The notes below the pieces were generated by a model. That model saw only the letters and a program-made list of their open reading frames with translations. It was not told the origin of the DNA and searched no databases. The translations under genes were made by a program, and so were the position numbers. Below are positions 1-9,652 of a stretch of DNA of 13,729 bases, piece after piece. This stretch comes from Hormiphora californensis. Taxonomy: Eukaryota > Animalia > Ctenophora. The DNA lies in the NCBI GenBank assembly GCA_020137815.1, contig WFME01000029.1, positions 1 through 13,729 on the forward strand, read 5' to 3'. Each line of letters opens with the position of its first letter. The stretch's first letter is position 1.

Positions 1-823
1 CCCTTTAATGTATTAATAAATCATCATGTTATTGAAACGGAGCTATTGAAAAGTGTTATAAAAAAACTATTTACAACTATGTAAACTGTGCTTTAATGGC
101 GAACCTTCCACGAAGTCCAACAACTGGAGCACTCATAACCTGATACTAAAAGCGTCAAATTTAAATCACAGTACCATGGAAATGCAAAACTATTTTAATT
201 AGTTTAGTGGCAGACGTTAGATTTTTGAAATGTTCCACTGTTTCGCGACAATGTCGAGCCTATGTCAGTCATACAAGTCTTAAGTCATACATTTTGCCAC
301 TTGTGCACCCTCTCTACACACGGCACAATAAAGAACCAATTTAGTGTTTGGCTAGTGGAACACACTATACAGTGATGATCGGGGTCCTAAATCAGTACCA
401 AGCTATTGGTTTCACAATTCGCGGTCCTAGAAGGGTTACACACAAGGAACTAACTTGGATCTTCCCTAACGGCTACCGACGACCAAACTAAATCAGAAAT
501 GGTTGCCGCTGCAATTTGGGTGAATGATAGCATGGCTCCAGTTTTCGTGTTGCCCTATTTTACATACTACAGTCCCCTGGTCACTGGTGGCCCGTGACTA
601 TAAAGAAGACGTGTGCCACTGCCTTTGAAGGGCCGGGAACTGAAACACTTTCCAGGTAAATTTGAATTTTTGATGTTTGAACTTTTGAGCTAGAAAATAA
701 AAAAGCCAGCAGCGCGAGCGCGCATTGTAAATTTATACGCTGCAAATAGTGCGCCGCGCAGTCATTTTGAAAAGTTGGGTCACTGGAACTGCAGTTTTTT
801 TCATCAGTATTTTTTTTCGTCGG

Positions 824-979
824 TATACTCCATTTTTTTTCAACTGTTCACCCCCCAAAGTCGTGCGCGGAATTGTTTTGCGCGTCTATCACATGTTAAC
901 GTGTAGCGCGCGCCACGAAAATTCTAAATTTCACTGAAATTTCAATTTTGGGTGAACAGTTGAAAAAAAATGGACTTTA
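824..979 (+). mobile_element. ~155-bp MITE-like element, copy 1
   Basis: TATACTCCATTTTTTTTCAACTGTTCACCC ... GGGTGAACAGTTGAAAAAAAATGGACTTTA inverted ends, bounded by TA; a diverged second copy is inverted at 13522-13674. Confidence 0.8.
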
Positions 980-1234
980 ATCTCGGATTTTTTGTTGGAA
1001 TGCGCTGCAGCCCCCTCATGCGCGCACCCCCGCAACGAGGGGACTGGAGGGAATGCCGCGCGCGCGTTTGGCCTGAGCCCGGCTGGGTCGAAAATAACTT
1101 TGCGGTCGAAAAAACGGCGGTGCTTATAACTTTGGCCCCTGAAGTCCGTTTTGCTTGATTCTTTCACTAGCTGTTAGATCTGACAATTATCTACCTTGCT
1201 GTTTTTGAGAGAAGTTAATTGGACTTGAGGAGGC

Positions 1235-1480
1235 TAGAGTGTCGGATTTTGAAATAATCTTTCCACTTCCATCTTTACTAGACGTATTTTTTCACGCTGA
1301 TTCCGAATCTGTCATTTATTTTGATCTACGACCACGTCAACCCCTGGAGAAGCCCTCCTGAATGAATTGCTTGTGCGTCGCGTTGCAGTGCTGTCACTAT
1401 GCGCTCTCTCTCGCCAATTAGCTGCGCTCGCAAATTTACACACAGCTGTGTCACCTGAGATGGATCTCAACGGAGTTGCT
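1235..1480. repeat. Left terminal inverted repeat (~245 bp)
   Basis: Reverse complement of 7970-8220. Nearly identical over the outer ~200 bp, with a few substitutions and a 5-bp indel at the inner end. Confidence 0.95.
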
Positions 1481-1668
1481 GTCTTCTCAGTTCGGTAATT
1501 TCGAGAACTCTGGACAAACACTTGTAACTTGGTGGCATAAAATAAAGTAATATCTCAATCTCATCTCTCAAGCAAACTTCACAGAAGCTAAAAACTGTAA
1601 TCTGTTAAATAAAACAGGTTGTAAATTATACATGTTACACATAAATATGTTAAAATTGTCTCTATGTT

Positions 1669-3444
1669 CTATAAAAGTCCCTCTGCCTGATCCATGCGAC
1701 GTTGTAGTTTTCCTACACGAACCTTCCCTGGGTTCTCCTCTCGGTTCCGTTTTACTGCCAGGGCCATACCCACTTGCCTCATATGCCCGGTGATGCGGTC
1801 GACACACTTGGATGTGAGGGCCACGTTCCGTTCCACGTGTTGTGTGTGGCACGGAACAGTTGTGACCAGAGGAGTTGTAAGGTATTGTTGCAAATCCTCT
1901 CCCCGGACAATGGGGGGCTCACTCACCAAGCAGACCTTTCCAGTGTTTGATACAAAAGTCCACTGGCCAGAAAATTCATCGCGGTCCTGCAAAATGAAAT
2001 GTGGTAAATGAAAGTAGTTTAATGTAAATATAATGATTCATAACAAAAAAGAGAGTATAAGTCAAGAATCAAAATATTATAATTGACAAACCTTTTTCAG
2101 CACTGTTAGCTCAAAAAGTGATGTAGCTTTGAAGTTCAACTTAGGTTTATTAAAACTTTTATCATGCACTGGAAGTAGTCGAACATCTTGGATGATTGAG
2201 ATCGCCTGCCGCCTGATTGCAATGTCCTCGTCAGCTGTGGAAAATGCATGTTATTACAAGCTAATTTTTGGTTGAAAATGTTTTACATGATTAGAATTTG
2301 AGAAACATTAACACTTTAAGGAACGTCACGAAATATGAGACTTACCCAGCATTGCTAGAAGCACATTAGTGGGATGACCAAAGTACGGGTTGTTCTGTAA
2401 AGAGTTTTGTACCACCTTTCTCTGTGCTTCGTGCCTTAGCACCTCCCGGGACAGTTGAACAGCTCGCAAGATATGAGTTGCTCCTTCTTCTATTCTCCAT
2501 TGGTACATCACACTGGAGAACATCTGAAGCAAGAAAGATTTTCAAGTTGAACTGGAAACTAGAAAATGAGCCTACTAGAATACTATTACATGCTATAGTT
2601 TTGCACGGATACTAACATTGTTTGTTTGTCCAATAAACTATTTCACTCACCTTGGCGTAATATCCGGTAATAAACGTCACCAAATATCGAACATTATCGT
2701 AGTCTGGATCAGACTTTGCCATGGTCACATACAGGCGGATGAGGCGGGTCCCTAAATTCATCCATCTTGCCGAGTGAACGTTTCCCAGGGTTTGTTTTTC
2801 AAGGATCTTGGGAAACTCTGTCGGCTCTGAAAATAGCTAAATTGATTGATAAAAATGCTATTCTAAAATTACCTTTCGTGACAAAAACAAAATTTCATCG
2901 GTTAATTTTTTAAAAACCTTGCATTATGGAATTAAGTCGTATACTTTTCAAGTAGCTTTGCGTCATCTTGGTTTAATTCTTTGGACCGATTAACTCCTGA
3001 CATTATCTGTGGATATTTCAGGCACTCGGACATCGGGTCCAATATAATTTCTGCTCGATGGAAGACGGGACGATCATTGCCTATCGTTGGCAAAGATCTG
3101 TTAGAAGGCACGGAGAGCATCGAGAATGAAGCCCGTGATACAGAGTACTCGCCGATATATCTAGCAGCTCGAGACAAGGCCCTGAGACCAGTACAGATTC
3201 GAGACGAGAGAGGCGAAAGAGAGGAGAGCGAGCAGAGAGAGTGAGACGAGACCCGACGACGAGAGGAGACGAGAGCCGAGAGGAGACGACCGAAGAGCAG
3301 ACGAGAGAGAGAGAGAAGAGGAGGACGAGACCAGTAGAGACGAGAAGAGGAGAGCGAGAGAGAGAGAGAGAGAGAGAGACGAGCGAGAGAGAGAGATGAG
3401 AGGAGAGAGAGGAGAGGAGAGAGAGAAGAGAGAGAGAGAGAGAT

Positions 3445-3538
<94 letters not shown>

Positions 3539-4813
3539 TGTACCTCAGGTTCAGCTCAAATTGGTGGAGTAGACACACAGACCATTGCAGCTGCTTCCTT
3601 AGTCCTGCCATGGTCTGGAGTTCTGTCATGAACCCCTTATGAATTCCTGGCATGAGGCGTATTGTTAAAATTTCTCGGATAATGTCCAAGCTAAGAGTCG
3701 AGATGAATTGAATGTGGAGGATTATTAACTAACCTGTGTTGGTGGAGGTTCCATCAGCACCGACCACTCGCACATCAGACAAATCCATACCCAGACTTGC
3801 TAGGTAGTTTACCAACTCTGCTGCTATTTTTCTTCCTGGATAAAACAATTTGAATTAATTCGGAGTATGTTTGTCATGTAATTAGCGGTGGAATGTAATT
3901 TCATTTGGAATTTGAAAATCTAGAAAGTGGACTGCATTCACTAAAGTAACTACACTAGTACCTACTACACTAACCGGTTATGGAGTCAGCTTGTTGCATT
4001 CTCTTCTCAGCTTTGGTCGGTTTCTGCCCCTTCTTCTTCGTCTTTTTCTTCTTTAGTGGTGCTCGTTCCGCAGGCTTTGGAACTGCCCACCCACAATACA
4101 CTCGCTTTACATCGTCCTTACTGTCTCCAACATACACAACTACAGTTACATGAGTCTCCGCTGTGTACTCTATCCGTCCTCTGTTGTCTTGTTTGTTCAG
4201 AACGGCTGTTTTCTTGTCCTCCTTACAGTCAGCATATATGGCTGGTGGAAGCAATATGTGATATTAAATTAAGGGGGTGGGGTAATTATACAAGGAGAGG
4301 CGTTTTCAATTATCATCAGAATGACAGAATCACTTACCATAGACTTTCTTTCCAGCTAGTTCCTTGACTGTTCCAGTGTTAACAAACTCCATTGCATGTC
4401 GAATCTTGTCAGCGGTCACAACTTCAAAGAACGGGCTTCCCATGGCTTGAGCGTCCGTCCTGCGGAGTTCTGTGCAGTATTGGGCGGCGTTTTCGGGGCT
4501 GTTGCCAAATCGCATGGCGATTTCAGCCACCCTAGCATAATACTTATAGTCATGTTTTATAGGCTTATGAACACGCGGTGGGGTCAGAAAATCATTATCA
4601 CTATATTCACTATCACTATCACTATCACTACTATCCTGATCAGAAGGGTCGTAGACATAGTCTGGGTTGCGGGCAGGGCTGTGGTCAGAATCATCAACTT
4701 TATCTTCCACCTGAAGGAATGCAAAGAGAGAATTAGAGAGAGAGATTTAGAGAGAGATTTAGAGAGAGACAGAGTGAAATAGATAGATACATTTAGATAG
4801 ATAGATCATAGAT

Positions 4814-4844
<31 letters not shown>

Positions 4845-4849
4845 TATAG

Positions 4850-4898
<49 letters not shown>

Positions 4899-7691
4899 CT
4901 CCCAGTAACTTACATCTTTAACGTATGATCTAGCGGGCCGAAAGCGGATACTTTTAGGTGTTACTGGTGGACTCAGAGGTTCAGGTTGGGTTGGCGTCGA
5001 TACTGGTGATGGTGGAGATGCCTGAAAATACAAGGTAACAATAATTAGTCTCGGAGCAGATGTACATTGTACAGGGTGTCCCACTATCTTTGCATGGCCT
5101 GCAATTTTGATTCATGGCTGGGCTCCATTAAATTAATCATATCTCATCGAAAAATAGGTCAAAATGTATAATCTAACAAAAACAGTGTTACATAGAGATT
5201 AGAGAATTGTCAGGAAAAATGTTTGCCTGACAATTATCTACAACACTGTTTTTGTTAGAACCATTTTGACCTATTTTTTGATGAAATATGATCAATTTAA
5301 TGGAGCCCAGTCAAGACTCAAAATCGCAGGTCACGCAAGGACAGTAGAACACCCTGTACTACAATATGATGATAACATACTAAGCTAGACAGACAATTGT
5401 TCGGAATCAGCAATAAATCTACCTTTTGCTTGCCAAATAATGGGTGGGTAGACATGAATATGTTGCAGAGTAACTCAGATTCAAACTTGGCTTTTTGATT
5501 CGATGACCGTTTACTTGCTTTCTTGGTATTGTCAAACAGTTTCTTCAAAGCCCTGGGCAAAAACAAGGATAGAAATCATTTAATCTAAGAAATAGTAGAG
5601 AACTATTGCGAGTAGTAGAGAACATTTAATACTAGTACCAAAAACCAATCAAATTGGTTTGGATGACCCGGGGCCCAAAGGCGTCGAGATGCGACCTTCA
5701 CCAGCTACAATAGTGTTTTTCTTGACGCATTTTTAGATTTTCCTACAAAAGTAATGTTTTATCCTACCAACATTTTGCATCCCGACGCCTTTGGGCCCCG
5801 GGTCATCCAAACCAATTTGATTGGTTTTTGGTACTAGTTTCTCTTCTTTTTGGTATGATGTTTCTCTTTTTTGGTAAATCTGCTGCATATACTTCGATCT
5901 TTTTACGTCAAACACCAATTCAAAGTTTCTAGTATCAGCCATTCAGCGAATGATTGTATTAAATCATAAATATGTGCATAACTTAAGAAGGGTGCGAGAT
6001 ACGGCTTTTTGTTCGGGGAACGACCCCCCATAAATCGACCATTCTACGTCGAATTAGACATGTTTCATGTCCCTAACATCAACCAGTTAAAAGATATTCA
6101 AGATATGCATAAAATCATAAATATGTGAATAAATCCAGAATGGTGCGAGATACGACTTTTTGTTCGGGGAACGACCCCCCATAAATCGACCATTCTACGT
6201 CGAATTAGACATGTTTCATGTCCCTAACATCAACCAGTTAAAAGATATTCAAGATATGCATAAAATCATAAATATGTGAATAAATCCAGAAGGGTGCGAG
6301 ATACGACTTTTTGTTCGGGGAACGACCCCCCATAAATCGACCATTCTACGTCGAATTAGACATGTTTCATGTCCCTAACATCAACCAGTTAAAAGATATT
6401 CAAGATATGCATAAAATCATAAATATGTGAATAAATCCAGAAGGGTGCGAGATACGACTTTTTGTTCGGGGAACGACCCCCCATAAATCGACGTTTCCAG
6501 TTCGGATAAGCTATAAAAGAAGTCTCTCCGACCACCCAGTCCGGAGATAGGTGGAAAATGCATATTTAATTAGGGCATAATTAGGTCTTAATTAAGGTTT
6601 TATGACTCGAAAAATATCCTACTACACGCACCCTATCAAGAACTATGACTCCAGAAAATTTTAACTTCGAAGCTTTTACCGTTTTCAAGAGCTAAGCTCC
6701 CGGGATTTGGGTCGTGTATATATATATATATAGACGACACTTTTATACCCGGATTTGACACCCCTACCGTTTCGGCATCTTAGCTCCTATCAGTCTGTAA
6801 CTTTGGATGCCAGAAGTGATAGTAAAAGGAAAGCTGGATACCAAGTTTCAAAACTCTAGCTCAACTGCATGCTTGTGTAATTTGATCCCGAAATCCGGTC
6901 TCATCGCGTTCGTATGGTACTGCACTGGGGGAGTGAAGGGAGAGTGTGCACTTTAGAGGCTTCGCACCCCCTACTTCACACACATTCGTCATTCTTTCTT
7001 TCTCTCTATTTCTTTCTCTCTCTCTCTCTAGCTTCGGGGCCGAACGGCCCCTCGCATCTTTCTTGCTTTCTTGGAAGGGGGGGGGGGTGGATGGGCCCCG
7101 GGGCACTTGCCAGTGCACTGGGGGAGTGAAGGGAGAGTGTGCACTTTAGAGGCTTCGCACCCCCTACTTCACACACATTCGTCATTCTTTCTTTCTCTCT
7201 ATTTCTTTCTCTCTCTCTCTCTCTAGCTTCGGGGCCGAACGGCCCCTCGCATCTTTCTTGCTTTCTTGGAAGGGGGGGGGGGGTGGATGGGCCCCGGGGC
7301 ACTTGCCAGTGCAGTGATACTTAAGAACAAGTATAATACTCAGGACCACTTACTTTTTAATATTAAATTCTAAAACTGTTGTAACGCCATTATTGACAAA
7401 AAGCTCCGAAATAGCTCCAGCAGTCAGAGTAAGAGCGTCGTCAACGGGAACTCGTCTGGGGGACCCGGAGGCAAGCTGATCCACGTGCGAAACGGCAAGA
7501 AAATGGGAGAGGACGTTTCGCTGAGTCAACACTATGTGGGGCTGGAGCGGATCGATCTTTTCAGAACCGATAAAATCGTTTAAAGTGCCAAACGTCATTG
7601 AGATTGTCAAACGGATAATAACTACCATTTTTACAATCGAAATATCGAATCTCTTTCTCGAAGCACGTGATTTGTCACGTGTTGAAGACAT
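1669..7691 (-). CDS. Multi-exon hAT-like DDE transposase (~815 aa, ~12 exons)
   Basis: Exons spliced by hand at GT-AG sites with matching phases: 7691-7354, 5552-5423, 5021-4914, 4710-4338, 4241-3975, 3835-3734, 3646-3544, 3160-~2945, 2826-2651, 2523-2346, 2234-2092, 1986-1669. Joined protein carries IYADCKEDK (D1), VVGADGTSTNTG (D2), LQWSVCLLHQFELNLR (CxxH), HSARWMNLGTRLIRLYV, YFGHPTNVLLAML, KPKLNFKA and PCHTQHVER (E). The exon 8/9 junction (~2827-2945) could not be resolved in phase, and the start codon is tentative. Confidence 0.85.
3200..3535. repeat. (GA)n/(GT)n microsatellite tract, degenerate on the left, in a transposase intron
   Basis: Directly visible. Lies within intron 3543-3161 and accounts for the SLSL/ERER pseudo-ORFs. 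Confidence 0.95.
4725..4898. repeat. (GA)n/(GATA)n microsatellite in a transposase intron
   Basis: Directly visible; fills intron 4913-4711. Confidence 0.95.
5072..5356. mobile_element. Tc1/mariner-type MITE (285 bp, largely palindromic) nested in transposase intron 2
   Basis: TA|CAGGGTGTCC ... AACACCCTG|TA with a TA duplication. Arms are inverted over >100 bp with mismatches (ctgggctccattaaatt / aatttaatggagcccag; aaaaataggtcaaaatg / cattttgacctatttt). Confidence 0.85.
5631..5838. mobile_element. MITE with ~60-bp TIRs nested in transposase intron 1
   Basis: ACTAGTACCAAAAACCAATCAAATTGGTTTGGATGACCCGGGGCCCAAAGGCGTCG at 5631 is exactly inverted at the right end, ending 5838. The TSD is ambiguous (TA or CTAG within palindromic ACTAGT). 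Confidence 0.85.
5961..6492. repeat. Tandem array, 151-bp unit, ~3.5 copies
   Basis: TGCGAGATACG recurs at 5993, 6144, 6295 and 6446 (period 151); the copies are nearly identical. Confidence 0.95.
6923..7311. repeat. Head-to-tail dimer of a ~195-bp unit with CACTGG...CCAGTG ends
   Basis: Units 6923-7115 and 7116-7311 differ only in (CT)n and poly-G length. Internal hairpin GGGGCCG-AA-CGGCCCC. Confidence 0.9.
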
Positions 7692-7791
7692 AACCCCGGC
7701 TAAAAGTGAATGAGATTGGGCACTTCCTACTCACCCTAATGATTTTATATTAGATGGCCTAACTGGGTATTTCTCCTTTTAGATCTTTTTT

Positions 7792-7886
7792 CCTGTTGTT
7801 TGGTTCGTGATTCCAGCCCAGGTTGAGTTTCAGGAAATATCGATATTTCCTGAAACTCAACCTGGAATTACGAACCAAGCAACAGG
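7792..7886. repeat. ~95-bp palindrome with a perfect 48-bp core
   Basis: CCAGGTTGAGTTTCAGGAAATATC|GATATTTCCTGAAACTCAACCTGG at 7818-7865, with imperfect outer arms. Confidence 0.92.
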
Positions 7887-7969
7887 TCCAATTCATTAGC
7901 AAATGATCAATTGATGATGGATTGGATCTTAATTGTCTTGGCGTTTAAACTCAAAATTTCTGACCGCTG

Positions 7970-8220
7970 AGCAGCTTCGTTGAGATCCATCTCAGCTCAG
8001 GTGGCACAGTTGCGTGTAAATTTGCGAGCGCAGCTAATTGGCGAGAGAGAGCTCATAGTGACAGCACTGCAACGCGACGCACAAGCAATTCATTCAGGAG
8101 GGCTTCTCCAGGGGTTGACGTGGTCGTAGATCAAAATAAATGACAGATTCGGAATCAGCGTGAAAAAATACGTCTAGTAAAGATGGAAGTGGAAAGATTA
8201 TTTCAAAATCCGACACTCTA
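7970..8220. repeat. Right terminal inverted repeat (~250 bp)
   Basis: Reverse complement of 1235-1480, followed directly by the TSD GAGGAGGC. Confidence 0.95.
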
Positions 8221-8527
8221 GAGGAGGCTGAGCAATAGCCGTTCAAAGATTGGTTGTTTTCAAAAAGTGACGTCACAGGTCCCTGCAGGGACACTTTGTT
8301 TCAAATTTGAATTAAAATCTCGAAATTTTTTATTTTACCGCACTCGATTTTGCGGAGTTTGGTTCATATCTCCTGTTCCTGATAAGATAGAGACCAAACT
8401 TTTCAACACTACTTTAAACAAATTAATTTGAGTTTCAGCCAAATGTCTGCCTGACCATCCCGGAAGACGATGCCGGATATGTCAAACGAGATACTAGCGA
8501 AACAGAAAGCAGTGCTGTCGGAGCTAT

Positions 8528-9652
8528 GTGATGACCCCGACTGTAGCTACAGCTAAAAGGTACCAGACCAATCTCAAGGCACTTGATCGTTTTACGGACA
8601 TTGTTTTGGAGGAGGCTGCGCTTTTCTTTGGGGGGAAACCCCGTACTGATGACGGAAAGGAAAAACGGTACCGGGACAAAGCCAGTCTCATCGACTGGTT
8701 GATAATGGCTATTGAAAGTCTATTTCCGCAATTTTGTGAGGCATGCGAGAAAGACTATGTGATCAAAAGGTGTGAGAAATCCAGGTTCAATTGTGGAAGT
8801 TGTGGGGCAGGGAGCCATAATTGCACCCTAATCCAGGAGCAACCGCTGTGCTCTATTCCAGGTTTCAAGTGGATTTGTCACATGTGTTGCAAGAAACACA
8901 CACTGGAAAAGTTTGTGGGTTCCAGTGGGGAGTTTGCAAGCCCTCCCAAGAGTGCAGCAAGTGAGGCTTCGGATGACGCCCTAAGGAGGAGGTTTAGCTT
9001 CATGTCAGAGGTAGGAGACACCAAACCAGAACACCAGCAGAAGCCACCCGGTCAGAAATTCAACAGTGTGGAGGAGGCTGACGAGGGCAAGAAGAAAGAC
9101 GATGATAAGCCGATCCCGGTGTGCCAACACTACCTACAAAATCGGTGCAAGTACGGCCGCTACGGAACGAAGAAGATCGACGGAGTTTCATGCCAGAAGT
9201 CACATCCCCCAATGTGCCGGAGATACTGCGCCCATGGGTCCATGAAGAAATACGGCTGTCAGCTGGGGAAAGAGTGTCGATACTACCATCCACCTATCTG
9301 CCGCTCTTCCCAGTTCAGGCACGAATGCCTCAAGAAGGACTGTCGTTTTCAGCATCTCAAGAACACCCGACGAGTTGCAGTGGACGAGACTCTCAATCTC
9401 AATCGGAACGGAACCCTGTCTTTTGGTGTCGGAAGGGCTGAGACGAACTATGCTAGGGATACGGAGATACCACGATCCCAAAATCCGAGTGGTAGCTCCA
9501 ATGACACCCGTGAACCACCCCGATTTGATGAGGATTCTTTTTTAGAGAGACTGTTCGGGAGAATGGAAGTGAGAATGAAACAGATGCTAGACAAGAGGTT
9601 CGAGAGTATAGAGACGATACGCCCGACTCTAAGTCAATGGAGAGATCGTTAG
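8528..9652 (+). CDS. LINE ORF1 protein with PHD-like finger and three CCCH-type zinc fingers
   Basis: 374-aa open frame directly upstream of ORF2. Cys/His pattern FCEAC...CGSCGAGSHNC...WICHMC, then CQHYLQNRC...CQKSH, CRRY...GCQLGKECRYYH and CRSS...ECLKKDCRFQH. The true start may lie upstream. Confidence 0.85.
   Translation: MMTPTVATAKRYQTNLKALDRFTDIVLEEAALFFGGKPRTDDGKEKRYRDKASLIDWLIMAIESLFPQFCEACEKDYVIKRCEKSRFNCGSCGAGSHNCTLIQEQPLCSIPGFKWICHMCCKKHTLEKFVGSSGEFASPPKSAASEASDDALRRRFSFMSEVGDTKPEHQQKPPGQKFNSVEEADEGKKKDDDKPIPVCQHYLQNRCKYGRYGTKKIDGVSCQKSHPPMCRRYCAHGSMKKYGCQLGKECRYYHPPICRSSQFRHECLKKDCRFQHLKNTRRVAVDETLNLNRNGTLSFGVGRAETNYARDTEIPRSQNPSGSSNDTREPPRFDEDSFLERLFGRMEVRMKQMLDKRFESIETIRPTLSQWRDR

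Larger units (their letters stand above)
1235..8220 (-). mobile_element. Full-length hAT-superfamily DNA transposon (hATm-like), 6,986 bp
   Basis: Begins TAGAGTGTCGGATTTTGAAATAATC at 1235 and ends with its reverse complement GATTATTTCAAAATCCGACACTCTA at 8220. Identical 8-mer GAGGAGGC at 1227-1234 and 8221-8228; an 8-bp TSD is the hAT hallmark. Encloses a spliced DDE/CxxH transposase. The subgroup label is from recall of hATm-type termini and motifs, not a search. Confidence 0.93.

Noticed and set aside
455-554. Possible minus-strand host exon (GNTKTGAMLSFTQIAAATISDLVWSSVAVREDP) ending at a GTTAGT donor
   Set aside because: Weak acceptor, no recognisable homology and no partner exon found.
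3081-3689. 202-aa and 62-aa ORFs rich in SL/ER repeats
   Set aside because: They are translations of the intronic (GA)n microsatellite; only 3646-3544 is a real exon. The scrambled GA tract at 3200-3440 may include base-calling noise.
5733-5942. 69-aa ATG ORF as first transposase exon
   Set aside because: It runs into a MITE and has no convincing donor. The 7691-7354 exon has a strong GTAAGT donor in the correct phase for the 5552 acceptor.
5961-6492. CRISPR-like array
   Set aside because: Whole units are repeated with no unique spacers, and the context is eukaryotic.
6861-7324. Several overlapping 60-100 aa ORFs
   Set aside because: By-products of the GC-rich dimer repeat with no protein motifs.
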